Counted from the stretch's first letter, positions 1 through 9,679 are shown. The stretch: DNA of 64,000 nucleotides from an uncultured Clostridia bacterium (GCA_944381455.1 CALWLF010000057.1:15461-79460), one strand, 5' to 3'. The notes: generated from the sequence alone by a model not told the origin. Numbers and translations: made by a program.

Positions 1-1759
1 CCGTTTTCTGGTGGAAAAAGTATCAAAAACGGGAGGGCATCTGGCTTCCAATCTGGGGGTTGTGGAGCTGACGGAGGCGCTGCATTATGTGTTTGATGTA
101 ACAAAGGATAAAATTGTCTGGGATGTGGGGCACCAGGCTTATGTACATAAAATTCTGACAGGACGGAAGGAAGGGTTTGACCATCTGCGGCAGCTGGACG
201 GGCTGAGCGGTTTTCCAAAACCAAAGGAAAGCCCTTGTGACGCCTTTGCCACCGGCCACAGCTCCACTTCCATCTCGGCGGCGCTGGGCATGGCCACAGC
301 CAGGGACCTGCGCCATGGCAAGGAACACATCATTGCCGTCATTGGCGATGGATCCATGACAGGAGGGCTGGCCTATGAGGCCCTCAATAATGCAGGGCAG
401 AAAAATACCCAGCTGATGGTGATTTTAAATGACAACGATATGTCCATTTCCGGCAATGTGGGCGCCATGAACCGGCATCTGCGGGATTTGCGGACGGCGC
501 CTTTGTATTTAAATGCCAAAGCCGGCGTCCATGAGCTGCTCTCCAAGGTGCCTTTGGTGGGGGCGCCGGTGGACAAGGGCATGGAAAAGGTGAAAAATAC
601 CATCAAATATTTTTTGGTGCCTGGCGTCATGTTTGAAGAAATGGGCTTTCAATACTTAGGTCCAGTGGATGGGCATAACATAGAAGAATTGCTGGAATTT
701 TTGACCAAGGCCAAACAGATGAAAGGGCCGGTGCTGCTCCATGTGAAAACGAAAAAGGGAAAGGGCTATTCTTTTGCCGAGCAAAACCCCAGCAAGTTCC
801 ATGGCGTTTCTCCTTTTCGGCCCAAAACAGGAGAAGTGCTGGGGAAAAAAGGTGTTTCTTTTTCCCAGGTCTTTGGCGATACTTTGACGAAAATTGCTGC
901 CAAAAACGAGAAAGTGGTGGCCATTACGGCAGCCATGTGCGGCGGCACAGGGCTGGATACCTTTTCCAAAACCTATCCCACCCGTTTTTTTGATGTGGGC
1001 ATTGCCGAGCAGCATGCAGTCACCTTTGCAGCCGGTCTTGCTTCCAGCGGGTATCATCCCGTCTTTGCTGTCTATTCCACGTTTTTGCAGCGGGCCTATG
1101 ACCAGATTGTGGAAGATGTTTGCTTCCAAAACCTGCCTGTCGTCTTTGCCATTGACAGGGCCGGCATTGTAGGGGCAGACGGAGAGACGCACCAGGGGAT
1201 TTTTGACATTGCTTTTTTAAGCCACATCCCTTCTTTGCAGCTGCTGGCGCCCCGCAATGGCGCAGAGTGCAAAACCATGCTGGAAGAAGCATTCAAACAG
1301 CCGGGGCCGGTGGCTATCCGCTATCCAAGGGATCATGTGGAAGAGGATTGGGAAAAAGGCGTCTCTCTGCCTTGGGGCAAGGCAGAATGGGTGGAAGAAG
1401 GAGAAGGCATTGCCATCCTTTCTTGCGGCACCATGTTTGAAACGGCCCAAGGGCTTTGGAAGAAATTAAAAGCAGCAGGCAAAACCCCCATGCTGATTAA
1501 CGCTAGATTTTTGCAGCCGTTGGACCAGGAAATGCTGGAAAAGGCGGCGGCAAGGGCCAAGACCATCATCACCATCGAAGACCATGTTCTTGCCGGCGGC
1601 TTTGGCGATTTAGTGCGCCATGGGCTGGCAGGAAAAGAGGTGCAGGTGCGTTCCTACGGCTTTCCCAATCAATTTATTGAACAGGGCAAGCGGGAAGAAC
1701 TGTTTTGGCGGTATGGCTTAACGGCAGAGGCCATTGCGGCAGACTTGGAACAAGAATAA
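1..1759 (+). CDS. dxs: 1-deoxy-D-xylulose-5-phosphate synthase, 5'-truncated by window edge
   Basis: The reading frame is open from nt 2. Motifs present: GHSSTSISAALG, GDGSMTGG (TPP binding) and transketolase-like C-terminal domains. Stop at 1757-1759. Confidence 0.95.
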   Translation, partial: RFLVEKVSKTGGHLASNLGVVELTEALHYVFDVTKDKIVWDVGHQAYVHKILTGRKEGFDHLRQLDGLSGFPKPKESPCDAFATGHSSTSISAALGMATARDLRHGKEHIIAVIGDGSMTGGLAYEALNNAGQKNTQLMVILNDNDMSISGNVGAMNRHLRDLRTAPLYLNAKAGVHELLSKVPLVGAPVDKGMEKVKNTIKYFLVPGVMFEEMGFQYLGPVDGHNIEELLEFLTKAKQMKGPVLLHVKTKKGKGYSFAEQNPSKFHGVSPFRPKTGEVLGKKGVSFSQVFGDTLTKIAAKNEKVVAITAAMCGGTGLDTFSKTYPTRFFDVGIAEQHAVTFAAGLASSGYHPVFAVYSTFLQRAYDQIVEDVCFQNLPVVFAIDRAGIVGADGETHQGIFDIAFLSHIPSLQLLAPRNGAECKTMLEEAFKQPGPVAIRYPRDHVEEDWEKGVSLPWGKAEWVEEGEGIAILSCGTMFETAQGLWKKLKAAGKTPMLINARFLQPLDQEMLEKAAARAKTIITIEDHVLAGGFGDLVRHGLAGKEVQVRSYGFPNQFIEQGKREELFWRYGLTAEAIAADLEQE

Positions 1760-1771
1760 GGAAAGGAACGG

Positions 1772-2590
1772 ATGCAGACGATGGCCGAGAAAGAAAGACT
1801 GGATGTGCTGCTGGTGGAACAGGGCCTTTGCGATTCCAGAGAAAAGGGCAAGGCGCTGATTATGGCCGGCAAAGTTTATGTGGATGGACAAAAAGAAGAT
1901 AAGGCCGGCACAAAAATTTTGCGCACGGCACAGATCACCGTCAAAGACGAAGGGCCAAAATATGTCAGCCGCGGCGGGCTGAAGCTGGAAAAGGCCATGG
2001 AAGTCTTTGGGGTGGAGCTGAAAGATAAAATTTGTATGGATATTGGCGCCTCCACCGGCGGCTTTACAGACTGTATGCTGCAAAATGGGGCAAAAAAAGT
2101 CTATGCCATTGACGTGGGCTATGGCCAGCTGGCATGGAAACTGCGCAACGACAGCCGGGTGGTCTGTCTGGAAAAAACCAACGTCCGTTATCTGACCGAA
2201 GAACAGGTGCCGGAACTGGCAGACTTTGCTTCGGTGGATGTTTCCTTTATTTCCCTGACGATGGTGATTCCTCCGGCTCTGACGCGGATGAAAGAAGATG
2301 CTGCCATGGTCTGCTTAATTAAACCGCAGTTTGAGGCCGGACGGGAAAAAGTGGGCAAAAAAGGCGTGGTGCGAGAGGCAAAAGTCCATGAGGAAGTCAT
2401 TGTAAAAATCATTGACTTTGCCTTTGATATGCATCTGCAAGTGATGAACATTGATTTTTCGCCCATCAAAGGCCCGGAAGGCAACATTGAATATCTGATT
2501 TTGTTGCAGAGGCAGGGGCAGGGACTGACAAAAGAAGAAGCAACGGCACTGGCCAAAAACATCACCGCTTCTTCCCATGAATTACTTTAA
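1772..2590 (+). CDS. tlyA: TlyA-family rRNA 2'-O-methyltransferase (S4 domain + FtsJ fold)
   Basis: S4-like N-terminus (ERLDVLLVEQGL) and SAM-binding DIGASTGGFTD. It sits in the conserved position after dxs. An alternative start is ATG 1781. Confidence 0.85.
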   Translation: MQTMAEKERLDVLLVEQGLCDSREKGKALIMAGKVYVDGQKEDKAGTKILRTAQITVKDEGPKYVSRGGLKLEKAMEVFGVELKDKICMDIGASTGGFTDCMLQNGAKKVYAIDVGYGQLAWKLRNDSRVVCLEKTNVRYLTEEQVPELADFASVDVSFISLTMVIPPALTRMKEDAAMVCLIKPQFEAGREKVGKKGVVREAKVHEEVIVKIIDFAFDMHLQVMNIDFSPIKGPEGNIEYLILLQRQGQGLTKEEATALAKNITASSHELL

Positions 2591-2611
2591 GCGAAGGCGG
2601 GAATTGGGGAT

Positions 2612-3466
2612 ATGAGAAAAATAGGGATTTTGCCAAATGCAAAAAAAGACAACGGTTTGGCGGCAACAAAAACATTGATTGCAGCACTGCTGGAAGCCAA
2701 CTGCTGCCCCATGCTCAATGAAAACTTGAATCTGCCGCAAAGCATGCGGCAATATGCCACCCGGGAAGATTTGCTGTACCGGGAGGCAGAGTTTTTAATT
2801 GTTCTGGGCGGAGATGGCACCATGCTCAGCTCTGCCAAGCGGGCGGCCAGGTATAACACGCCGCTGATGGGCGTCAACATGGGCCATTTGGGATTTTTGA
2901 CGGCAGCCGGACCGGATGACATGGTGGAAAGTCTTCAAAGCGTGCTCAAAGGCGATTATCAGACGGAAAAGCGGATGATGCTGCGGGCGGAGATTTTTTC
3001 TTCCAAAGAAGGCAAGCGGACGGTGACGGCCCTCAACGAAGTGAGCATTTCCAGGGGCAGCATGGTGGGCGTGGAAGTGAAAGTCAATGGAGACTACATT
3101 GATGATTTTTTTGGCGACGGTGTTCTTGTTTCTACACCCACCGGCTCCACTGCCTATAACTTGGCTGCCGGCGGCCCTATTTTAAAAAGCGACAGCAATG
3201 TGTTGGCCATTACCCCCATCTGCCCCCATATGCTCCATGCCAGAAGCATTGTCATTGGCGGCGGCGACCGGGTGGAGCTGATTGTAAAGCGATTTAGCCG
3301 GCAGAAAATTTTTGCCGTGGTAGACGGGCAAAATATTTGTGCATTGGAAGAAGGGGATTCCATTTCCATTGCAAAAGCCAAGTTTTTTGCCAATATTATC
3401 AAGACAGGCAACACAGGTTTTTACGACGTATTGCGCAACAAATTATTTGGAAAGGGTGACAGGTAG
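2612..3466 (+). CDS. nadK: NAD kinase
   Basis: GGDGTML and TPTGSTAYNLAAGGPI motifs. Confidence 0.9.
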   Translation: MRKIGILPNAKKDNGLAATKTLIAALLEANCCPMLNENLNLPQSMRQYATREDLLYREAEFLIVLGGDGTMLSSAKRAARYNTPLMGVNMGHLGFLTAAGPDDMVESLQSVLKGDYQTEKRMMLRAEIFSSKEGKRTVTALNEVSISRGSMVGVEVKVNGDYIDDFFGDGVLVSTPTGSTAYNLAAGGPILKSDSNVLAITPICPHMLHARSIVIGGGDRVELIVKRFSRQKIFAVVDGQNICALEEGDSISIAKAKFFANIIKTGNTGFYDVLRNKLFGKGDR

Positions 3467-3469
3467 AGG

Positions 3470-3922
3470 ATGAAAGTAGCCAGACAAGCAAAAATTTTGG
3501 AACTGATTGAACAAAATGCAGTGGAAACCCAGGAAGATTTGGCACGCCTTTTGCGAGAAAGCGGCTACAGCGTCACGCAGGCCACCATTTCCAGAGATAT
3601 CCGAGAATTGAAACTGACAAAGATTTCTTCCGATGGCGGCAGACAGCGCTATGCAGCTTTGGCTGCCACCGATGCAGAAATTTCTGAGCGGATTATCCGT
3701 GTCTTTCGCGATGCAGTGGTGAAGCTGGATTATTCCCAAAATATCATCGTCATCAAAACATTAAACGGTATGGGTATGGCCGTGGGGGTGGCCATTGACA
3801 GCATGGAAAATAATGACATTCTTGGCTCCATCGCCGGGGACGATACGGTCTTTTGCGTGGCACGCACCCACAGCCAGGCAGTAGAATTTATGCAGAAATT
3901 AAACCGCATCATCAGTGCGTAA
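3470..3922 (+). CDS. argR: Arginine repressor
   Basis: Winged-helix N-terminus (TQATISRDIREL) and C-terminal oligomerisation/arginine-binding domain (GSIAGDDT). Confidence 0.9.
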   Translation: MKVARQAKILELIEQNAVETQEDLARLLRESGYSVTQATISRDIRELKLTKISSDGGRQRYAALAATDAEISERIIRVFRDAVVKLDYSQNIIVIKTLNGMGMAVGVAIDSMENNDILGSIAGDDTVFCVARTHSQAVEFMQKLNRIISA

Positions 3923-3940
3923 GAAAAAGGAGGTGGGCCA

Positions 3941-5671
3941 ATGCTGCAAAGGCTGCACATCAAAAATGTGGCGCTGATTGAAGAGGCGGAAGTGGACTTT
4001 GGGCCGGGGTTAAACATATTGACCGGGGAAACGGGCGCCGGCAAAAGTATGATCATAGATTCGGTGGGGTTTGTCTTAGGCGAGCGCAGCGGAAAAGACC
4101 TGGTGCGCCGGGGACAGCCCAAAGCCGAAGTGGAGGCAGAATTTGAAGCAAAAGAAGCTGCTGTGAAGGAAGTTTTGCAGGAACTGGAGCTGGAAGAGGA
4201 GGACAGGCTGATTCTATCCCGCACCATGACGGCGGAAGGAAAAAGCACCTGCCGCATCAACGGCACGGTGGTGACGGCATCGGCCATGAAACGGCTGTCG
4301 GAAACGTTAATTGACATCCATGGCCAGCACGCCCATCAGTCTCTGCTGAACCCGGCCCGGCACATCGATTTGCTGGACCATTTTTGCGGCAGTGCCCTGG
4401 AAGAAGAAAAAGAAAAGCTGAAAAAAGCCATGATTTCCTATAAATCGGTGGTCCATCAGATGGAAGCATTGGGCGGTGATGGCCAGCAGCGTGCCAGCCG
4501 GGCGGCCATGCTCAAAGAAATTGTGTCAGAAATTGGCAGTGCCAAAGTGGAAGCAGGCGAAGAAGAAGCACTGCTTTCCCGCCGGGAGTATTGGCTTCAT
4601 GTGGAGGAAATTGCCCACTGTGCAGCAGAAAGTCTGGCGCTGCTTTATTTGGGCAAAGACGGCGAAGGAGGCGCGCTGGAGCTGGTGAGCCGGGCCAGAA
4701 GCCATTTGGACGATTTATACCGGATGGACGAGAAAACCAAAGCGTTATGGGAGCTGATGGCCGAAGTAAATGACGGGCTGCAGGCGCTATGCCGCCAGCT
4801 GAGCCAGTACAGCGAATCCATCCAGCGAAAACCAGAAGCGCTGCAAGAGGTGGAAGAGAGACTGGATGTGCTCTATGGGTTAAAGCGAAAATATGGCGGC
4901 AGTCTCCAAAAGGTGCTGCAAACGAAGGAAGAAGCAGAGCAGCAGTTAAAAGAACTGGCGGCAGGAGCAGTGAAACGAAAGGAACTGGAAGCGCAAAAAA
5001 AAGCGCTGTTGGAAGAAATCGGCCTGCTTTGCAGCCATATGACAAAGCTGCGGATGCAGACAGCCCAAGTGCTTACCAGCCGGATTGAGACACAGCTGCA
5101 TCAGCTGGAGATGAAATATGCCGTCTTTCAAGTTTCTATTACCCAGAAAAACACCTTTAACGCCAGAGGTCGGGATGTGGTGGAGTTTTTGATTTCGCCA
5201 AACTTAGGAGAAGAGGTGAAGCCGCTGGCAAAAATTGCTTCCGGCGGTGAAATGAGCCGGGTGATGCTGGCCCTAAAAACGGTGCTGGCAGAAGCAGACA
5301 CCATTGATACCTTTATTTTTGATGAAATTGACACCGGTGTCAGCGGCACAACGGCAGCCAGAGTGGGAGAAAAGATGTCGGATATTGGCCGGATGCACCA
5401 AGTGCTTTGTATCACCCATTTGCCGCAGATTGCCGCCATGGCAGACCGCCATTTTCTCATTACAAAGCGGACCGAGGAACAAAAAACCATCACCTCTGTC
5501 ATGCCACTGGCAGAAGCAGGCCAGGTGGAAGAGCTTTCCCGGCTGATGAGCGGCGGCAAAGCAAAAGAAGCCTCAGCCACAGCAGCCCAGGAGCTGAAGG
5601 CATGGGCCAAAGGCTATAAACTGGAACAAGAGGCGTTACAAATCAATCCTATGTTGGACAAAAGGCAGTGA
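3941..5671 (+). CDS. recN: DNA repair protein RecN
   Basis: Walker A GETGAGKS, long coiled coil, signature ASGGEMSR, Walker B FIFDEID. Confidence 0.95.
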   Translation: MLQRLHIKNVALIEEAEVDFGPGLNILTGETGAGKSMIIDSVGFVLGERSGKDLVRRGQPKAEVEAEFEAKEAAVKEVLQELELEEEDRLILSRTMTAEGKSTCRINGTVVTASAMKRLSETLIDIHGQHAHQSLLNPARHIDLLDHFCGSALEEEKEKLKKAMISYKSVVHQMEALGGDGQQRASRAAMLKEIVSEIGSAKVEAGEEEALLSRREYWLHVEEIAHCAAESLALLYLGKDGEGGALELVSRARSHLDDLYRMDEKTKALWELMAEVNDGLQALCRQLSQYSESIQRKPEALQEVEERLDVLYGLKRKYGGSLQKVLQTKEEAEQQLKELAAGAVKRKELEAQKKALLEEIGLLCSHMTKLRMQTAQVLTSRIETQLHQLEMKYAVFQVSITQKNTFNARGRDVVEFLISPNLGEEVKPLAKIASGGEMSRVMLALKTVLAEADTIDTFIFDEIDTGVSGTTAARVGEKMSDIGRMHQVLCITHLPQIAAMADRHFLITKRTEEQKTITSVMPLAEAGQVEELSRLMSGGKAKEASATAAQELKAWAKGYKLEQEALQINPMLDKRQ

Positions 5672-5683
5672 GGAGGGGCGTAG

Positions 5684-6112
5684 ATGAAGATATCAACCAA
5701 AGGGCGTTATGCCATCCGCATTATGCTGGACATTGCGCAAAATGGGACAGAGCAGCGTGTTTCCCTGAAAGATATTGCCAAGCGGCAGGATATTTCCGTC
5801 AAATATATGGAGCAAATCATCGGCCAGCTTTGTAAAGCTGGTCTGCTCAAAAGCACCCGGGGCGCACAGGGAGGATACACGCTAACAAAGCTGCCTGCCC
5901 AATATTCCATCGGCGAAATATTACGCATTACAGAAGGAGAATTGGTGCCGGTGGCCTGCTTAGAAGGAGAAAAAAATGTTTGCCCGCGCCGGGATATTTG
6001 TGCCACCCTTGGTTTTTGGGAAGGACTGTACCAAACCATCAATACTTATGTGGATCAGTTTTCTCTGCAGGACTTATTGGAAGAGGAAAAGCAGGATTTT
6101 TGCTGCTTTTAA
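5684..6112 (+). CDS. Rrf2-family transcriptional regulator, IscR/CymR-like
   Basis: Rrf2 wHTH N-terminus (STKGRYAIR) and a C-x7-C-x5-C cysteine cluster (VACLEGEKNVCPRRDIC). Confidence 0.85.
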   Translation: MKISTKGRYAIRIMLDIAQNGTEQRVSLKDIAKRQDISVKYMEQIIGQLCKAGLLKSTRGAQGGYTLTKLPAQYSIGEILRITEGELVPVACLEGEKNVCPRRDICATLGFWEGLYQTINTYVDQFSLQDLLEEEKQDFCCF

Positions 6113-6132
6113 GGATCTGTTGTTTGAAAAAA

Positions 6133-6170
6133 AGCCTTGTCTGTCTTTTGCGGCAGACAAGGCTTTTTTG
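6133..6170 (+). terminator. Intrinsic terminator after the Rrf2 gene
   Basis: Perfect 11-bp stem agccttgtctg/cagacaaggct followed by a T-run. Confidence 0.7.
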
Positions 6171-6181
6171 GTCAGAAAGAC

Positions 6182-6210
6182 TTGACAAAGAAAAAGAAAT
6201 GTGATTAAAT
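6182..6210 (+). promoter_or_regulatory. Sigma-A-like promoter (TTGACA-17-TGaTTAAAT) facing the 3' end of the convergent XRE gene
   Basis: Exact -35 hexamer, 17-nt spacer and an extended -10 TG. No plus-strand CDS lies downstream before 6902. Confidence 0.4.
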
Positions 6211-6251
6211 CATAGTAATCATATATGTTTGCTATGATTTAGAAAGCAGAA

Positions 6252-6275
6252 GAAAAAACCCTTACGGGCTTTTTC
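6252..6275 (-). terminator. Putative terminator of the XRE gene
   Basis: Minus strand reads aaaagcccgtaagggttttttct immediately after the stop codon. Confidence 0.5.
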
Positions 6276-6278
6276 CAA

Positions 6279-6695
6279 TTAAGGTGTTTCTTGTGTTTTG
6301 GATGCAGTTTTATAAGCTGCATGTTTTTGGGCTACTTTTAACTTGCCCGGTTTTGTTTCTTTTTGCGCATTGCTTTCTGAAAGCCAAGTGGAAAGCTGAA
6401 CCAAAACATCCTGCTGCTCCGGTTCCAGCTTGGCCCAATGGGCCAAAAGCAAGGTGGCTTCTGGGGGCAGGGTAGATGGATGATAGGGGTTACGGATGTC
6501 GCTGACGCATAACAAATAGTCCATGGATACCTGAAAACAAGCGGCTATTTTCTTTAGGTCACTGATGGATGGTTCGTTACGGCCGGATTCGTAGTTGGAA
6601 ATGGCAGTATAACCATAGTTGAGTTTTTTGGCCAGTTCTTCTTGGGTGAAGCCAAATTCCTTTCTTAGCATGCGAAGCCGTTCTTTGAATTCCAT
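6279..6695 (-). CDS. XRE-family helix-turn-helix transcriptional regulator
   Basis: N-terminal HTH_3 (LRKEFGFTQEELAKKLNYGYTAISNYESGRNEPS). Start reset to ATG 6695, which has an AGGAGAGGTG RBS. Confidence 0.8.
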   Translation of the reverse strand: MEFKERLRMLRKEFGFTQEELAKKLNYGYTAISNYESGRNEPSISDLKKIAACFQVSMDYLLCVSDIRNPYHPSTLPPEATLLLAHWAKLEPEQQDVLVQLSTWLSESNAQKETKPGKLKVAQKHAAYKTASKTQETP

Positions 6696-6901
6696 GTATG
6701 CACCTCTCCTACCTATCAACATACGTTATCAAAAGACATGGAGGAGTGTAAAGCTGATTTTTGGTGAGACCAAAAGAAATCAGTCGTAAACACTCCACTA
6801 CCTACCAGTTAACAATTATTATAGTAAAAATAGTAGCAAATGGAAACTACATACCATAGTTTAGAAAGACATGTCACAAAATAGAAAGGAGAAAAAAAGA
6901 C

Positions 6902-8092
6902 ATGAAAACCATCTATTTTGATTATGCCGCCACGTCACCTGTGCGCAATGAAGTATTGGAGGAAATAAATCCGTATTTTTCCACTTTTTTTGGAAATCCT
7001 TCCAGTATATATCGACTGGGGCAAGAGGCAAAAAGTGCAATTGAAACAGCAAGAGAGACGGTTGCCCGTGTTCTGGGTGGAAGGACAGATGAGATATTTT
7101 TCACATCTTGTGGAAGTGAAAGTGATAACTGGGCGTTGCGCGGCGTTGCCGAAGCTTGCAGGCAAAAGGGCAATCATATTATAACCACAAAAATTGAACA
7201 TCATGCAGTGCTGCATACGGCCCAATATTTGGAACGTCATGGATTTTCTGTGACCTATCTGGATGTGGATGAAACTGGATTGATTTCTTTAGAAGCACTG
7301 GAAAAGGCCATCACGCCTCAAACCATTTTGATTTCTGTTATGGCAGCCAATAACGAAATTGGCACGGTGCAGCCCTTAAAAGAAATTGGCGCCATTGCAA
7401 GGCGGTATGGAGTGTTGTTTCACACCGATGCTGTGCAGGCAGTGGGCCATGTGCCGTTGGATGTGGAAGAAATGCAAATTGATTTATTGTCTCTTTCCGG
7501 GCATAAATTGGGGGCGCCCAAAGGCATTGGGGCGCTATATATCCGCAAAGGAACGCCCATTGTGCCTTTTCTGCTGGGCGGCGGGCAAGAGAAAAAACAG
7601 CGGGCCGGAACAGAAAATGTGGCGTCCATTGTGGCGCTGGCCAAGGCGATGGCGCTGGCAGCAGAGGAAATGGAAAGAGAAGGAAAGCGGCTGACGGCAT
7701 TACGGGAAAAACTGATCCAGGGGCTGCTGGAGCGGATTCCCCATACAAAAGTGAACGGGCATCGAACCAAACGGCTGCCGGGCAACTGTAACCTTTCCTT
7801 TTCTTTTGTGGAAGGCGAGTCTTTGCTGATGCTGCTGGATGCAGCAGGCATTGCGGCTTCCAGCGGCTCAGCCTGTACGTCGGGCAGCCTCGATCCCAGC
7901 CATGTGCTTTTGGCCATTGGTTTGCCCCATGAACTGGCCCATGGTTCGGTGCGGTTTTCTCTGGGACTTGGGACGACGGAGGAGGAAGTGGAGCAGGTAT
8001 TGGAGGTATTGCCCGATATTGTGGCAAGGTTGAGGGAAATGTCGCCACTATATGAAGATTATTTGAAACAGACAAAGGAGGAATCCATTTGA
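6902..8092 (+). CDS. nifS: Cysteine desulfurase (NifS/IscS class)
   Basis: PLP-lysine motif SGHKLGAPKG and active-site SSGSACTSG. Confidence 0.92.
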   Translation: MKTIYFDYAATSPVRNEVLEEINPYFSTFFGNPSSIYRLGQEAKSAIETARETVARVLGGRTDEIFFTSCGSESDNWALRGVAEACRQKGNHIITTKIEHHAVLHTAQYLERHGFSVTYLDVDETGLISLEALEKAITPQTILISVMAANNEIGTVQPLKEIGAIARRYGVLFHTDAVQAVGHVPLDVEEMQIDLLSLSGHKLGAPKGIGALYIRKGTPIVPFLLGGGQEKKQRAGTENVASIVALAKAMALAAEEMEREGKRLTALREKLIQGLLERIPHTKVNGHRTKRLPGNCNLSFSFVEGESLLMLLDAAGIAASSGSACTSGSLDPSHVLLAIGLPHELAHGSVRFSLGLGTTEEEVEQVLEVLPDIVARLREMSPLYEDYLKQTKEESI

Positions 8093-8511
8093 AGTACAGC
8101 GAAAAAGTGATGGACCATTTTATGCATCCAAGAAACATGGGTTCTTTGGTCCAACCAGATGGCGTTGGCCGGGTGGGCAATGCCAAATGCGGCGACATCA
8201 TGCAGGTGGAACTTTCTGTCCATGATGGCGTCATTGACGATGTGAAGTTTAAAACGTTTGGCTGCGGCGCGGCCATTGCCACCAGCTCCATGGCAACGGA
8301 ACTGGTGAAGGGAAAAACCATTGAGGAGGCAATGCAGGTGACAAACCGGGCGGTGATGGAGGCGCTGGATGGGCTTCCGCCGGTAAAAGTCCACTGTTCC
8401 CTTCTGGCAGAAGAAGCCATCCACGCGGCTCTTTGGGACTATGCCCAAAAAAATGGGCTGGAAATTGAGGGCTTGCGGCAGCCGGTGGAAGATATTGGCC
8501 ATCATCACTAA
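8089..8511 (+). CDS. nifU: Fe-S cluster assembly scaffold (IscU/NifU N-terminal type)
   Basis: Three scaffold cysteines (NAKCGD, TFGCGAAIA, VHCS). TTG start overlaps the nifS stop (TTGA), with an AGGAGG RBS. Confidence 0.9.
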   Translation: MKYSEKVMDHFMHPRNMGSLVQPDGVGRVGNAKCGDIMQVELSVHDGVIDDVKFKTFGCGAAIATSSMATELVKGKTIEEAMQVTNRAVMEALDGLPPVKVHCSLLAEEAIHAALWDYAQKNGLEIEGLRQPVEDIGHHH

Positions 8512-8521
8512 AAAAGGACGT

Positions 8522-8550
8522 TTGTCCAGGGAAAAAGAGTATGGTATAAT
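8522..8550 (+). promoter_or_regulatory. Sigma-A-like promoter TTGTCC-17-TGgTATAAT upstream of mnmA
   Basis: 17-nt spacer and extended -10. It abuts the terminator hairpin at 8551. Confidence 0.5.
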
Positions 8551-8584
8551 AAAGGGCAAGTGCAGGGCATTTGCCCTTTCTTTT
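8551..8584 (+). terminator. Intrinsic terminator after nifS-nifU
   Basis: Stem aaagggcaa/ttgcccttt followed by cTTTT. Confidence 0.6.
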
Positions 8585-8614
8585 GGCAAAAAAATAAGAA
8601 ACGGTGGGATCGGA

Positions 8615-9679
8615 TTGGAAAAAGAAAAAATCATTGTGGGCCTCAGCGGCGGCGTGGACAGCTCTGTGACGGCTTATTTACTAAAACAGCAAGGCTATGA
8701 AGTCATTGGTGTGACAATGCAGACACAAGGCGAAACATCGGGCCAGGGCAACAATTTTCAGGCAGTGGAAGATGCAGCCAAGGTGGCCCGTCAGCTGGGC
8801 ATTGCCCACTATGTGATGGATTTTACGAAGGAATTTCGTCATCATGTGATGGACACCTTCACAGAAGCATATTTCAGCGGCCGTACCCCAAACCCCTGTG
8901 TTGCCTGCAACCGCTATGTGAAGTGGCAGGCATTGCTGGAACAGGGAAAGGCGCTGGGTGCGTATTTGGTGGCTACGGGCCATTATGCAAATGTTGAAAC
9001 ACATCCTGTGACCGGCCGGCTGACGCTGCGGATGTCCAAGGCCAAGGCCAAAGACCAGACGTATGTGCTCTATGATTTAACCCAAGAACAGCTGGCAGCC
9101 ACAAAAATGCCCCTGGGGCAGTATACCAAAGAATCTGTGCGGCAGTTGGCCCAGGAATTGGGCATTGCCGTGGCCGAAAAGCCGGACAGCATGGAAATAT
9201 GTTTTATTCCAGACCATGATTATGCCGCTTTTTTGGAACGGTATGGCAATAAGACTGCTCCCCGCGGTTCTTTTGTGGACCAGGAAGGCCGGGTGCTGGG
9301 CCAGCATAAAGGCATCATCCATTATACCGTAGGGCAACGCAAGGGGCTGGGCATTGCGCTGGGGCGGCCTGTGTTTGTGGGTGAAATTAGGCCAGAGCAA
9401 AATGAAGTGGTGCTTTGCGACAACGACAGCTTGTTCCATTCGGTGGTTTATGCCAAAAACGTCAACTGGATGGGGTGGGCGCCTTTGACAGAGCCGTGCC
9501 GGGCGGAAGCGAAAATTCGATACAGCCACTTAAAGGCAGCCTGTACGGTGGAACGTGTCGGCGATTTGCTTAAATGCACCTTTGATACCCCCCAGCGGGC
9601 CATGACGCCGGGACAGGCGCTGGTGGTCTATGATGGGGACTATGTGGCCTGCGGGGGAACCATTGACAAAACAGAATGA
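8615..9679 (+). CDS. mnmA: tRNA 2-thiouridine(34) synthase
   Basis: PP-loop GLSGGVDSSV and the NPCVACN motif. Start set to TTG 8615 because no ATG lies near the conserved N-terminus. Confidence 0.9.
   Translation: MEKEKIIVGLSGGVDSSVTAYLLKQQGYEVIGVTMQTQGETSGQGNNFQAVEDAAKVARQLGIAHYVMDFTKEFRHHVMDTFTEAYFSGRTPNPCVACNRYVKWQALLEQGKALGAYLVATGHYANVETHPVTGRLTLRMSKAKAKDQTYVLYDLTQEQLAATKMPLGQYTKESVRQLAQELGIAVAEKPDSMEICFIPDHDYAAFLERYGNKTAPRGSFVDQEGRVLGQHKGIIHYTVGQRKGLGIALGRPVFVGEIRPEQNEVVLCDNDSLFHSVVYAKNVNWMGWAPLTEPCRAEAKIRYSHLKAACTVERVGDLLKCTFDTPQRAMTPGQALVVYDGDYVACGGTIDKTE

Noticed and set aside
3540-3554. Exact sigma-54 promoter core TGGCAC-N5-TTGC (tggcacgccttttgc) on the plus strand.
   Set aside because: It lies inside the argR coding sequence (encoding DLARLL). 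The 10 specified bases are expected by chance roughly once per ten windows of this size on two strands. The only enhancer-binding-protein homolog here lacks the sigma-54 contact motif.
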